From the NCBI GenBank assembly GCA_951406725.2, contig OX597825.1:31868001-31932000 (forward strand): 64,000 nucleotides of DNA. The letters run 5' to 3'. A program made the translations under genes and the position numbers. Source of the stretch: Octopus vulgaris. Lineage: Eukaryota. Position 1 is the first letter of the stretch; the number at the start of each line of letters is the position of its first letter. Of the stretch, positions 1 to 14,400 are shown piece by piece. The notes beneath the pieces are model-generated. The model was given only the letters and a program-made list of their open reading frames with translations. It was not told where the DNA came from and made no database searches.

Positions 1-604
1 TGAAGATGAAGGTGGGGAAAAAAATGTGAAAACCTGATAAACAGTTATAGGAAAAGTGAAAACCAACTTCTGTACCACCCACAATGTCCTATGTGTATGT
101 GTGTGTATGCATGCTCAGCATTAGTATTCCAGTCACTCTGAGGACATACAAACATCAATATTTGCCTGTTATAAGGGCATTAGTTTGGCAGTGGTGACTC
201 AACCAGCAAAGGCCACATTGTCAATACTTTCTATTTTGCATAATTTTAGATCTTTCTTTCTATCTTTTCTTTTCTTTTATTTTCCTTTCCACCCCCCCTT
301 CTTCTTTCCATGATTGTTTTAGTAAATTACTGGTAATTAAATTAGTTGATGTAAGTCATAGGCTCACCACTACAAGCTTGTGAAAGAGTGGGAGAGGGGG
401 GGGGGAATAATACATGGTAGAAATCCAATTGCTGCAAAGTGACAGTAGTCTCAGGTTCCTTGACCAGAATCAACTACTGGTACTTCTATTAATAATCCTT
501 GAGATAAGTACGATGAAATGGGCCAAGCAGAATTTAAACTGAGAATATAGATAAACCAGACCGAATATCCTAATACATTTTGTCTGATTATTCCAATCTG
601 TTAA

Positions 605-636
<32 letters not shown>

Positions 637-2088
637 GATAATTGTTTCTAATTTGAGTACAAGGCCAAACAGCTTGAGGAAAGGGGTTGAAAGTACCATC
701 AACTCCGTATTTGATTGGTAATTTATTTTATTGTTTCCAGTAAAATGACAGTATAGTTGACTTGAACAGAATTTGAACTCAGAGTATGAGGAGTTGAAAG
801 AAATACTGCAAAGTTATTTTCCAATTTTCTAACAATTTTTGCTTACCCACTCCCCTTTAGCAATTATTTCTTGTCTAAGTACAAGGCCTGAGACTTGGAG
901 TAAGGAACCATATTGAGATTTGAACTCAGAAAGCAAAGAGTCAGCACAAATACTGCAATGCATTTTTGTCTGAAGAAACAAAAGAGGGAGTTTTTATGTG
1001 GTTGATTGATGAGCTAGAAATAGCAGCTAAATCTGTCTCAAATCATAACCTCACAGTCAGTAAAAAAAGGACATGTTTGATAATGTGATCCTTGATTGCT
1101 AACAATGGGATGGTCATTGCTGGAATTCTTTTGATCATAGGTTCACTCCATCAGGGTTGTCCAGCTGTAGTCATGATTTGTAATTTTAGCACATAACCAC
1201 AAATTGGTAGAGAAGCAGTCATGTTGACTGAGTTCTCCTGAATGAATCCCATTATCGTGTTATTATCAACAATTGAAAATAGTGAGTGAGTTGTTGCAGT
1301 CCCTGACTGCCTCAGCGCACCCTCATGCAACATGCTCCAGTTTTCTCACTGCTTCTCCATCTAATATATCCTGTCTGTTGCACTGTGCACCTTCATATAA
1401 AGATCCCCAACCTATGCTCTATACCGTTAAACAAAGAACCCTGGCTGCTGAAATTACATCCCCATACAATGTACTCCAACTGACACGCTGCATCCCCCAC
1501 GCCACCCATGCAGCATGCTCTGGCTGCTGCACTGCATCCCATGTAACATTCCCAAAATGTCACATTGCACCTCTCAGTATGTTGCCTGGTGTTCTGTTAA
1601 CCTTGCTCATTTATTTTGGAGGTGGTTGATCTGCAGACATCATATATCTTAGTGTTATTTAAGTAAAGTTCCTTTGAGCTTAAGCTGCCATCATAACAAC
1701 TTGCAACTCGACAGTGCAAATTTATTTGTGTCTCAAGGATAAATTTGATGTTTTCTTTGCACCAGGAAAAAAAATACTAACATACATTTCATTGTTTAGA
1801 TATCCAAGTTATATTGAACTTAATCTAAGGATATTTTACAGTCGTTAGATACAGGATTAAACTGTTTTGGTTTATCTTCCTTTTGATAACCTGACCAACG
1901 TGTATTTGATATTATTAATTATTTGTGTAAAACAAATAGTTCTTAGTTTTTTTTTTCCTCTATGATATCCTCTATAAAAGTTTTATATATTTATTTATTC
2001 TAGTCATAACACTGCACTACATGCACCACATTCAAGGGTTTTTGTTGATTATTTTGGCCCCAGTATTTATATGTGGTTTGTATATGTG

Positions 2089-2108
2089 CACACACACACA
2101 CACACACC

Positions 2109-2153
<45 letters not shown>

Positions 2154-2172
2154 TGAGAGAGAGAGAGAGAGA
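2089..2172. repeat. Compound (CA)n/(TG)n/(GA)n microsatellite adjoining a decayed SINE A head (about 2175-2310, minus strand)
   Basis: Direct reading; TTTCAGTCTACCAAATCCACTC and GGACTGAACCC follow. Confidence 0.9.
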
Positions 2173-2657
2173 CAGGTTTCTTTCAATTTCAGTCTACCAA
2201 ATCCACTCTTAATCCTTTTGTAAGTGCAGAGCTCAAGCAGACATGTCACACAATAGGACTGAACCCCAAACAATATGGTTGGGGAGCAAACACCTTAACT
2301 GCATAGCCATATCTGGGCTTATATATTTATATAATGTCTGTTTTTATGGCTTTGATTGGTGGATTTCCTCATCAGATTATTTTGAGAAACTTTTTCTGTT
2401 AATGAACTAATTAATCAAATCATTTGGTAAAGTTCAGTTAAACCCTGTAAACTGATATCATTATTATTGATGATGATGTTGACTGTCAAGAGGAAGCTGG
2501 TAACTGAGATTTTAGAAACTATAAATGATATTGAAAATGATGAGCTGATGGAATTTAATAAAAAGAAACCAGACAGAGGCTGAACCATAGACTCACTTAA
2601 CATTGTACTGTCAGATCATGCTGTAGCCAACTCGCCTTTCCATTCTCTTTATACTGT

Positions 2658-2845
2658 ATCATCATCATCATCATCGTTTAATGTCCGCTTTCCATGCTAG
2701 CATGGGTTGGACAATTTTGACTGAGGGCTGGCGAACCAGATGGCTGCACCAGGCTCCAATCTTGATTTGGCAGAGTTTCTACAGCTGGATGCCCTTCCTA
2801 ACGCTAAACACTCCAAGAGTGTAGTGGGTGCTTTTTACGTGCCAC
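2658..2845 (-). mobile_element. RTE LINE 3' end fragment
   Basis: Near-identical reverse complement of about 26525-26705, including the (GAT)n tail. Confidence 0.85.
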
Positions 2846-4113
2846 ATATATACCAAACTCAGTTCAATTGGCTATGATCTTCTCTCTGCAAAAAATACAG
2901 CCTCTTGTTAGTATATAAAAAATCATTATTATGAAATAATTATTATATAAGCTATATTCTGCGCTGTATTTTCTGTGAATTTTTTTCATGCAGTCTACTG
3001 TATGTAAAAAGAAATAATTTTTCTCCCCCAAAACATGAAGATATCAGATTTCAGCTGTTTCCGTTGTTTTGCTGTGGTTCATTGAAGAAATAACTTTGTC
3101 AACATCATTATGTAATGATCATTGTACTGAAATAGAAAGGTTCTGATATTGATGACAAAATGAGGTGAGCTAATATGGTTAAGTTTTAGTATTAAGTCAG
3201 TACTGAGAATTACTTTGAAATAGACCATATTTAAGACTAGGTTGGCAGATATGTATGTCTACTACCCTTAATAGGTTAAATATCTTCATTGAACCTTCTT
3301 TGTTGTCTCATCTGGTTCTTATTTTGGGTGAGAATTTAGGATTTGGCTGAAAAATAGAACAAGCTGAGCTTGTTACTGTTTGAAGTTGCTATTGTAAAGG
3401 GTTTGATGAAGTTTTGGTCGCTACTTTTGACAGATCAGGCAATTATGCAGAATCTCCCTTTTTTGGTTCAGAGAATTTGTGGTTTCTAGGAAAGCTAATA
3501 GGGGTGGGTAAGATTCTTGTAATTTAAAGTTGTTCATAATTAGTTTGGTAGTGGTGGTATTTTCAGTAAGTGTGTTTGTATTTTGCTTTTGTTAAATGTC
3601 ACCAGATTCTCATTTTTATTGTAGAATGTGATGAAATCCATGTTGGTAGGAGGATGTGGAGACTTGTTGACTGACAGGAGAAATATCATTTAATGTGTAC
3701 AATTGTATTAAATGCACCAATGAAAACTGAGTATGAGTGACCTGGAAGGAAAGGTTAGAGACTACTGCTATGCTAGTACATGGGTGACCTAATGAACGAA
3801 GTGGTAGAGCCAGTGGAAGGGTAATTTCTAAAACTTGTAGTGAGGATTTAGGAAGAAAAAAATGTATTTGTAACTGGTGCAGTTCTCTTTTTTTTAGTCA
3901 AAAGGTTCTCACAATTTCACAGTGGTATGTTTGTATGATTTTGTCTTGTTTTTAGGTGGGTGGGGGTTGTCTGTTTTAAAGAAGGGATAGTAAAAACTTT
4001 GAATCATTTATAGTGATTTTAGTAGTTTGAAATTTCCAATTAATTAGTCATATTTCAATTTACTGAAATAGAAAGTGAGAATGGGAAATGTAAGTGAAGA
4101 GAGATATATATGT

Positions 4114-4500
4114 GGAGGGATAACTGTGCGGTTAAGAAGCTTGCATTGCAACTACATGGTTTCGGGTTCAGTCCCACTGCATAACACCTTGGGCCAGGGG
4201 CAAGTAATGTCTTCAATTATAGCTCCAGGCCAATTAATACTTTCTGAGTGAATTTGGAACATGGAAGCTATGTAACTTCATCGTGCGTGTGCTCATGCCT
4301 GTGTATGTGAGTCTTTGTGTTTGTCATCTCCCCCTTGATAACCAATGTTGGTTTGTTTATGTTCCTCTAACTTAGCAGTTCAGTACAAGAGGTTGATAAA
4401 ATAAGTACCAAACTTTATTTTAAAGAATAACTACTGGAGGCAGTTTGTTCAAATAAACCTTTCAAGGGTTTCATTCAAAGATTGAAACAAAAGTAAAAGA
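4114..4500 (+). mobile_element. SINE family A, older copy
   Basis: CATGGTTTCGGGTTCAGTCCCACTGC head and AACTTAGCAGTTCAG...ATAAAATAAGTAC second half, ending GAAACAAAAGTAAAAGA. Confidence 0.7.
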
Positions 4501-4889
4501 AGATATATAATTTGATTTTCTATAATAATTATGGAAATGTAGATGTGCTGTAATTGGTTATGTGCACTTGACTGAATGACTGTCAGTGATTACCTTTACA
4601 TAACCATTTTCTGAGTTCATCATATTCAGCTTCATTCAACTTTGCCTTTTATTTTTCTGTCATATTTTATATCTCTTCCATAACTGCATGGTTTGGATGG
4701 GTCTTCTCTTGTTCAACATCTTGCCACTTATTCCATTCCCTCTGTCATTTCTACCGGGTGTTTCAAGATTTTGAGATCAACCTTTACCACTTCTTCCTTG
4801 GCCTTCCTCTTCAACAGGCTGCTTCCACAGACAATGAACACAATGCAGCAATATATACAATTGCTTTTAACTTTCCAGCCATGTGCTTT

Positions 4890-5252
4890 CCAGTTCAGTC
4901 CCACTGTGTGGAACCTTGAGCAAGTGTCTTTTTCTATAGCCCCAGGGTGATCAAAGCTTTATGAGTAGATCTGGTAGATAGAAACAAGAATCTCTTCATA
5001 TTATGTGAATGTGTTTGTGCTTCCTTGCCTTGGCATCACATAATAATTGTAAACAAATGCCACCATCATACAAATAGTGTTAATTGTTTCAAATCTTCCA
5101 TGAAAACATGTCTGGTCATGAGAAAATATTAACCTGATTAGAAACATGTGAGAGTTGGCACCAGGAAGGGCATCCCATTACAGAAAATCTGCTTCAACAA
5201 ATTCTTTCTGACCCATGCAAGCATGAAAAAGTGTTACGACAACAATGATGAT
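4890..5252 (+). mobile_element. SINE with family A head and RTE-type 3' tail
   Basis: Head GTTCAGTCCCACTGTGTGGAACCTTGAGCAAGTGTC, then a different second half, ending AGGAAGGGCATCC...ACCCATGCAAGCATG...ATGATGAT. Related copies at about 33230-33510(-), 40590-41007(+), 55680-55860(-) and 61530-61830(-). Confidence 0.7.
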
Positions 5253-5983
5253 ATCCACTTACTGAAGTTTATTTATGAAATTTTAGTTTCATAGTAAATA
5301 AATTTACAGTAGACTCTTATTAAATATTAAAAGCACCAATTTAAGACAAAAGAACAGTATGGTCCATTGCCAGGGCCCAAAGCCCATATCTCTTGCTCAT
5401 TGCAGATGTCATGATAAGCACTTTGCAATTGGTAACACAGTTATCCAGCAAAAAATAGCCTTATGGTTTGAGACCTGTTACTAGACTGCTTATTATTTTC
5501 TGTCTCAAATTAGAGATTATACTATCTGATATTATTTACTTAGAAACCAGTTAATTCTAGAAGGAAGATGTTTCTCAAACTTTATTATGATTTTATTCTT
5601 ATATCCTTTTACTTACACTGCCTTCAAGGATTTAGATTGATTTCAATACAGGAACCTAACAGTTGCCCTATGTGTGTGCACTTGCACACACACACACACA
5701 CACATACATGTGTATATGTAAAAGTGTATATATGTATGTATATAAGTATGCATATGCATCAAGTTTTTGCTTACTCAATTCCACAAGGCTCTCATGCCAA
5801 GTAGGACTGGAACTAAGAACAATGTGGTTACAAAGCAAATGTCTATGTCACTCATGATTGTATGCCCATCTTCATCCTCATTTTACATCTGCTTTTCCGT
5901 ATAAGCTTGGGTTGGAAGGGTCTATTAGTCTTTCTCACTACTAACACATTAAATGGGAAACTGCCAATTGTGTTGTCATGACT

Positions 5984-6980
5984 AGGTGGTATCAAGAAGT
6001 TCCCAGACTAGTTATGTTTGATACAAAATAACTTATTTACCTAAGTTTTAACATAATCTCCTTCAAAATAGTTTCCTTATACAGCAGTATACCAGTCCCA
6101 GTGTTCCTACCACTTTTAGAATCTGGCCTGAGAGACATTTTCCATGAGCGAGTCAAGGACCTTCTGCGATTCACTCTGGATCTTTGAACAATGGTATTAA
6201 AACAGCAACCTTTGAGTTGCCTTTTCATCTTGGCGAAGAGATGGTAGTCTGCAGGTGCTAAATTTGGCAAGTAAGGTGGGTGCAGAAGTGATGCCATGTT
6301 GTCTTTGGCAAGAAACTCATAAGTGAGGAGAGCTCAGTGACAGGGTGCATTGTTGTCACAAAGAATCCAATTCTTTGCACTTCACAGATCCACTCACTTT
6401 CACTGAAGATCCTCCCTCAAACGCTTCAGAATGGCGCAGCATAACTCTCGATTGATGGTCTGACCTTGGGGGATGAATGCTTGATGCACGATACTGCAGA
6501 TGTCGAAAAACAATCATGAGCATGCTCTTGACTGAGCTGTGACTCTGTTGTACCTTCTTTAGTCATAGAGATGAAGGCCTCTTCCATTGTGACGCCTGCT
6601 GTTTCATCTCAGGGGTCGTACTTGTAGACCCAATTCTCATCACAGGTGATGATCCTTGACAGGAATGATGGGTCATCAGCAGCACGCTGATAGAGATCTT
6701 GACAGACTTCAATGCAATGTTCTTTCTGTCCAGTGGTCAGCAGGCAGGGAACAAATTTGACAGACACATTGCATGTTCAGTTCAGGCATTAGGATTACCT
6801 GTACAGACCCATACAACAGCCCAACATCAGAAATGTCATTGATTGTCCTCAATCAATGTACAAGCTGAGGAATTTTCTCCATATTTCCTGGTGTGACGCT
6901 CGTGGCAGGTCTTCCAGATCATTTATTGCCTTCCAGGGATGTTCTGCTTTTGAAGCACCTGTGCCACTCAAAACATTGCA
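5984..6980 (-). mobile_element. Decayed mariner (Tc1/mariner) transposon, 5' truncated
   Basis: Minus-strand remnants in the expected order: QCFEWHRCFK, KFVP.LLT..QKE, SRIITCDENWVYKYDP, DNNAP, HPPYLPNLAPADYHLFAKMKRQLKG. These correspond to mariner WVPR-like, ITGDETW, HDNAP and HPPYSPDLAPSDYHLF motifs. Terminus-like AGGTGGTATCAAGAAGTTCCCAGAC at 5984. Multiple frameshifts. Confidence 0.9.
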
Positions 6981-7037
6981 AGGATTATGGCAGCATTCAC
7001 TGACTTAAACAAGAGGATCGTTCAGAAGAGTTGCATG

Positions 7038-7073
<36 letters not shown>

Positions 7074-7079
7074 ATGCAT

Positions 7080-7360
7080 GGCTCTCACAGAGGTGTTAAC
7101 AAGTGATTGAGACTGTTGGCAATTTGCTGTGCTTGAGAAGTCATGTCAAACTAAGTGAAGTCATGTTTGTGGCCAATGCTGGTGATATGTAAAAGGTACT
7201 TGCTATACTCTTGGAGTGATTGGCATTAGGAAGGGCATCCAGCTGTAGAAACCAAGCCAAACCAGACTGGAGCCTGGTACAGCTCTCTGGTTTACCAGTT
7301 CCACTCAAACCATCCAACCCATGCCAACATTGAAAACAGACTCTAAATGATGATGATGAT
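7080..7360 (+). mobile_element. RTE-type 3' UTR fragment
   Basis: GGCATTAGGAAGGGCATCCAGCTGTAGAAACC...CCAACCCATGCC...ATGATGATGAT. A shorter piece lies at about 8185-8276. Confidence 0.75.
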
Positions 7361-8279
7361 CTCTCTCTCTCTCCCTATACATATATATATATATATATGT
7401 ATATAAATTAAGGATATAATCAATAAAATGATTATACCAGTGGCTAACATATAAAAAATGGCCATATCTCTAAAATTAATTTTTAGAACAAATTTAGAGT
7501 GTATTGTAAGTATTTGACATCTACTTCTAGTGTATAGGTACTGGCATTCCAGCACCCTTAATTATAATTGTATTTTATAATTATATACTTAAAAATAAAT
7601 AAATATTTATGTGTGTGTGTGTATGTATATATATATTATATTGCCTGTGGTTTGATACTGATTTACTTAGTTATGATATTCAACATGATTCTTAACTTTA
7701 AAAATTAATATTTTAAAATAGTAAATAACCCAAATAAAATAGAATTTATAAAAAAAAATAGTTTCATGCTGTCCTGAAAAGTAGTGTAATCTGCTACTTG
7801 TAGCCTAGCCTAGCAACCCCTGATCATATCTGTAAGTATTTAGTCTCACTGTGACATTAGATCCATGTGGACCTTAATCTGTTGGTATGTCTTTTTTTTT
7901 TTTAACTTTTAATATATTTTGTAGTCTGGAATTTAGATCTAGTATTATAAACCTAATTCTTTTTTAACTAAATTTCAGAATATTTATTTATGTTTTGGTT
8001 TCAAAAAAAAAAAAAAAGCATCTAGCACTTTTACAAGTTTTCCTTGTTTTACTATGATACCTATTTTCTCTATTGGTCACTTTTCTATATAAAGGACCCT
8101 AGCCTTCATACAAAGAGAGAGAGAAAGAGAATTTATACATCATTCTTAACTCTAAGTGCATGTATGTATATATATATATATATCAGACTTCAGCCTGGTA
8201 CACCTAACTGGCTTAGTAATTCGACTCAAACTGTCCAACCCATGCCAACATAGAAAACAGACACTAAATGATGATCTCA

Positions 8280-8285
8280 TCTCTC

Positions 8286-8374
<89 letters not shown>

Positions 8375-8398
8375 CGAGGCTATAATCATTAAAATAAT

Positions 8399-8440
<42 letters not shown>
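8280..8440. repeat. Compound (CT)n(TA)n microsatellite
   Basis: Direct reading; follows an RTE-type tail. Confidence 0.95.
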
Positions 8441-8443
<3 letters not shown>

Positions 8444-10043
8444 ACTTGGGAGTTACTATTTGAACAATTCAAATTATCCTCAGTAATATTTTATTTTCAT
8501 ATTTACCCTATTAGTCATTACTTTCTACAAACTCTGGTTTATAACAAATGCAAAGTAGTTAACTAGTAAGCCTATAGGTTATTATTCAGAAACTATTCAA
8601 CACATTATTGGTTGTAAGAGTGACCTATTTTGTGTTCAAGCAGCTGTCTCAACTTTTTGCTTTTTTTTTTTCCCTCTTCCCCCATTCACACAAGCTTTTG
8701 TCAGCTTGTTCATTAATGTGCCTCCTCCTTTTAATCTTACTATTAATATTATAATGCAGCTTTACTCGTTTGTCTATTGATACGTTTCCTCCATCAGAAT
8801 TATTTGCTAGTGAAAACGTGTTTCTGCTATTTCAGTTTATTTCACTCCCACTCATATAAATTTTTTTATCTTGTCTCTCTTTCTCTTGACTCTAGGACAG
8901 CTCTGACCAAACAGATCTGCCATATGATCAAATGCATTCTGTTCATGTTCATTCTGATATATATGTGTGTGTGTGTGTGTGTGTGTAGTAGTTATGTATT
9001 TGTGTATATGTGTCTTCGTGTTTGTGTGATTATATTGTTCAGTATATCCATCCTTTTTAGGACATTAACATTATCTTTTGAGACAGAGTTGGTTGCTATT
9101 ACTAGCAGGTTGAGTGACTACATAGTGGCGATGGAGAACTGGTGACACATGCATCAGCAGTGACATGCTGTTATTTTTTACAGCATCCAATGGACTTCGA
9201 AAAAAATACCTTCTCAATATCATGTTGTAAAAAGTTTATCCTTATTAATATTTACTTAAATATTTACTTAAAACTAAAATACATGTGACACTCTAATAAC
9301 AGGATTATTAAGGAAATTAAAATTTCAACATGCCAAGTTAAAAAGAAATCTGCTATCACTAATGTAGAGTTTTTCTTTTTGGTTTGAGTTTTCTTATGGC
9401 TAAATAATGTAAAACATTTCAAGTGTTATGCAAATTATTACTGGCCAAAAATGTTCACGAACACTTCTTTCTACATGTAAAAATCTTCTTTTTACTGATG
9501 AAGCAGGTTCCTATTGCCCATACTTCATGGACAAGCACTAATTAGACTGAAACATGTCTTGACATTGTAACTCTAACTAACAAAGATCAGATTTTTTTCC
9601 TTCATTCATGAGAATTAAATTTTTTTAAAGTAAATTTCATTAAATTATCCCCCTTTGAGTTGCTAATGTTTACCACTCGCTTTTTATTTACCTTTTTCGA
9701 ACAAAGAATATATTTATGTACACTATGCTAATTAAGAATATAGTTGTGTATGCTATGCTAATTAATATATCGATATTTGATGTAAATAATATAATTTTTC
9801 TCTTATTCTAATATTATCTGCTTTGAGTAATGGTTAGTGAAGGTTCAGTTTGTTTGTGCGTGAATTTTTACATGATTAGATATTGATACTATAGATTTTT
9901 ATAGGATTATGTGTATATTTGTGATGGCTTTGTGTTCTGTAACTTGTTAACTTTTTAGTCTTTAGAAACCACTGACTAGTTTGGTGTTTATTGAGAAAGA
10001 ATTAGCCTTGTTTAATTGGCCTTCACCAAGCTCGTTATATTAA

Positions 10044-10219
10044 CTCGTTTCATACAAACCTGCCTGAGACCACCTTTGGTTCTATGATACAAATTCTGCT
10101 TTAAAATGATCTGAATTAAAACATTCCATCAGGATGTTATTTTACTAAATTTCTCACTATTTTCAAAATTAATTGAAACAAGGCCAGACTATTTCAACAG
10201 ACATTGACTAATGAAAGGG
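10044..10219. mobile_element. TTAA MITE, family 2
   Basis: TTAA-CTCGTTTCATACAAACCTGCCTGAGAC...GAAAGGG-TTAA. A related partial copy lies at about 50319-50520 (ACCAACCTGCCTGAGA...TTTTCAAAAT.AATTGAAA). Confidence 0.6.
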
Positions 10220-10269
10220 TTAAGGTTTGAAATTCAGTGCTGCACTAAAATAAACTCGATCAGTTATAT

Positions 10270-10273
<4 letters not shown>

Positions 10274-10319
<46 letters not shown>

Positions 10320-10344
10320 CCTCTCACTCACCCACACACACACA
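10274..10344. repeat. (CT)n(CA)n microsatellite
   Basis: Direct reading. Confidence 0.95.
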
Positions 10345-11697
10345 TATTGCATCCAGCTCTTTTTGACATTTTGTATGGCACATATGTATGAATGTAGTGA
10401 ACTGGCTAAGTTGTCTAGGTGTTGGATTGAGTGCTTCATAGTATTTGTTTCAAGTCTTTGCACTCTGGGTTCAAATCCCACCAAGGTCAACTTTGTTTTT
10501 GTTTTAGAGTCAATAAAAATGTATCATTCCAGTGCTGTGTATTAGTGGGACTGTTAGAAAGTCAGACAAGATGATGTCTTGCGGTATCTCATCTGGCTCT
10601 TTGTGTTCTGACTGTTGAAATGCCTGAAATAATAATGGCACCAAGCTCTATCAGACAGTGAGTAAACATTATTGGTATAGAGAAAAGAGACTTACATTCA
10701 TAAACATCTGTCACACTTCTTTAAAAAAAGATTTTTTTTTTAATAAATTAAAAAAACTGCAGGCCTATCTGATTATATAACAATTTGTTTGATATTAAAT
10801 TTTTTGTTACATAATCTTCAGGTGTGAGTAATATAGTTTTGATATGCTTAGTGTACTATATGGTGCACTTAGTACTATCTATGATGATTGATATGTTATT
10901 ATTGTAAAGGCGAAGGCCTATTTATGATGAGCAATGTCTTGTAAGATCCACTACTAGAGTTAAAAAGTTCATATCGAAAATGGACACTGCACTCAATGCT
11001 TACTGAAATAAACTTTTAATAAGTGCAAGGTGGACAGGGTCATTTGAGAGTGAATGGCCTTAATATTAAGCAGGGTTTTCGCCAATATACTTCATACCAG
11101 ACTTGATCCTACAAGCTTTGCAACCATGAAAAACCAAGCTCTAAATTTATATTTGTGTGTGTGTGTGTGTGTGTGTTAACACTGACACACAAGCACCCTT
11201 AAAGTAATAGGACATTTGAGAATAAGCCACATGTTTCTGGTGTATGTAGTTTGGATTCTTTCATGATCTCTGATCTAGTTTACAAGAAACATGTATAATG
11301 ATATATTCTCAGAATTATTGCAATTTGAATACATTTGTTGTGTGTGAGTGTGAGTATGCACACACGCATGTGCTAGTTTCTTTTCTACACTTTCGTATTG
11401 TGCTCTGTCTTTGGCCTTTTTCCACAGAGACGTTATGTGTTCTCATTCTCAGAATAGAAAATGGCATTACAGATAAATGACGACATTTCTCTCTCTATTA
11501 TCATTGAGTTATTTACCTAATGTTAACTTGTTTCTTTAGATAATTGTATCTATTTTCCTATTAATTTTTTCTGTTTTTACTCTATTTTTATTTTGTTGAG
11601 ATCAAAATTTGGTAAATCAAACTAATTACTTAAGTTCAAATATGAGTAAGAAATCTAATTGTTGAAGAATTATGATCAGGTCTGATTGTTTTAGGAC

Positions 11698-11731
<34 letters not shown>

Positions 11732-14400
11732 GTTGTTATATGTAAGCTGCCTAATCTGTCAATAATATCTTGTGTAAGATAGCTGTCTCAGTTGTTCATG
11801 CTATGAGAATTTCTGACTTGGCACTCTGCCACCTTCTTACATTTATCTACATGGTGGCAAGTATTGAGTGAGGTTTTAATCTTGGTTGTTCACAAATTTT
11901 TCATGTCAAAACATTTTAAGCTATTTCTAATTTAATATCCTCCTTACTAGTGTGGTGAATTCAAGTAATTTATTGAATTAAAGAAAAGTTTTTGCTCTTT
12001 TTAAAATAATTTCCTTGTTGCTTTTTTTTTTTTTTTTTAAATTACTTACAGAGTTTGTAATGACTAAATAAATGTTATTAGCTGGGGAAGAGGACAGGAG
12101 AAATAAATATGAAGAAAAAATCCCTACCTCCCTGCCATCCTTTATCATAACAGAAATTTAAGCTACTTGTCAGAATGAGTTTAAAGTGTTTATTTTGAGG
12201 TTTCTTTATTTTTTGTTTTGATTATTTGCAGATGTTAGAATTTATTTTAGTAAGACTTGTTGACAGTTAATAAATATAGCTGGGAGCTATAAATGCTATT
12301 CTTCAAGTACAAGTGCCTGTATACTTTGAAATTAAGGAGAAATGTTTTGCAAATTTCCTTTTACAATCATTCTATTTGTTAAGAATTAGTTTCTACAGAT
12401 GACAAAACATAGAATTTCTTGGTTTTGGACAGAGCCGGAAAGTCTTATTACAGTCATCGTAAATCAATACTGATGGATGATAACTTGATAATGTGTTTAG
12501 AACGATATATTTCTGCATATCCTGTTTACAACCTTTGATCATTTAACTGAGAGGTTCCCTGTTAAGAAATCTAATTGAATTATTGTTTTCTTCTACTCTT
12601 TCAGAATTTATTATCATTGATCTGAGAATAAGTGTTTGACTTGATATTGTGTCATAGTTACTTAAGCTGTACAGTTCTTGGAATCTAATACCTATGTTCA
12701 CTCAGCTGGATCTTCTGGGAGTTTTCATAGCTATGGATTGTTTAGGGTAGTATAACTCCCCATTTTCAATGAATGAAGAATTGGGTAAAGTAATTATCAT
12801 TGTCTTAAGGTATAAGATGGGTCTGTCTATATTAAAAATGAAATGGTTAATAATATATAATTGGTTTGTATAAACTTGAGTAAATATATTTTGGACCAAA
12901 ATGATCATCAAAATTAGTTTTTATGCTTTTATAATCAACTTTTTATGTTTTCATTTGTTAGATGTGTTAATATTGATTTCTAACATTAGCATAAGGACAT
13001 TAATTTTAAGGGAAGTTTGATTAAATTGACCCTAGATCTGAACTGGTACTTGATTTTATCAACCTTGAAAAATTGAAATGCCAAGTACACTATGGGATTT
13101 GAACTTGAAATTTAAGGCCTAAGTCATTCTAAATCATTTTCACTGCTTTATTAATTTACATGAATTTATTTACATGAATTACCTTTTTTTAGGAAAATGT
13201 GTGAGATCACACCTTTTCTGTTGCGGGTAACCTTGAATAACAATATCAACATATCTCAATGTGTTGCTATTTAGTCCTTGCCAACCAAAGTAAATGTTAA
13301 TTAACAGATAACTGCTTTCTGTAATGAGTAAATGGCAGAAATAAAATGATTTAATATTTTATTAAAAGACATGGAGTGAATGACATAGCTGATTTTATGA
13401 TGAGCTCATGACAGAAACTCTACATGGCCACTTAATTTCCTGGAAAAGAAGGTAAATCTCTTGTAAACCAGCTTGTGACATGTTTGAAAAAAAAAAAAAA
13501 ACATTGGATAATGTAATCCAGGGTACACAGTGCTTAAATAAATGGAATGGACATGACTGGAATTCTTTTGATCGGGTGTTCAACCAGAATTAAGTTGTGG
13601 ATAATCAGCAACAGCAATAATTTCCTATGAAAATCCCAATGTTCTTATATTTTACAGATCCCCATTTTGGTTATGTTATATAGACTTCAGAATATTGTTA
13701 GATATGAAGAGAAGTGAATGAAAATATTAGCTTTGTTGAGAAATCTGTACCATATTCAGAATATTAGAAGAGAATAAATACATGTGGCATTATTAAATAT
13801 GTAGCAATTGCTTTATTTACTGATCAGAAAGTATGCTTGCCTCACTGAAGGATATTTCATTGGATATTCAGTTGGCTATTTGTATAAAATGTTTCTCCCC
13901 AACAATTTCATTTTGCAATATAGTTGTTGTGCTAAATCTTCTCTATCCAGCAAAATGAGCTTCATTGTAGCCTTTTGATCATATCCTGCATATTGAGACA
14001 TATTTTTGCATTCTGTGTGGACTGATAATATACTATTGAATATAAATACCATATATTCTCATTGCATATATAACCATTGCTAGTTTGTGGAACTTTATGT
14101 ATCATTTGTCTATCTAATGAGTCATATTATTCTTTGCATGTTATTGATGTTATTATCCAGTTATAATATAACAGAAGTGGGTGAATTTGCTAACATACAC
14201 ACACAAAGTTAAGATTATAGTGACTTTTGAAGTTTCAAACGTTTAGTTTGAAAAGTCTCAAGAGGCAAAGTTATTGTCCATATTCAAAAAAAATATAAAT
14301 TTGATGTAATATCTTTGTTAAATATTTCACTACAATATTGAGTTCTTAGTTAATGCTTTCCATTTTTGTATAAAACTAGCACACTTCTGTATCTATCTAC

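Noticed and set aside
1273-1629. 118-aa ORF as a gene
   Set aside because: Non-ATG start, no recognisable domain, no convincing splice structure.
2021-2273. Short ORFs rich in HT, CV, YI or RE dipeptides (also at about 5.6, 8.2, 10.3, 17.9, 22.1 and 54.2-54.7 kb)
   Set aside because: Translations of microsatellites and SINE bodies.
2430-2600. Acidic + strand stretch resembling a piggyBac N-terminus
   Set aside because: Low complexity, with no catalytic motifs or termini found.
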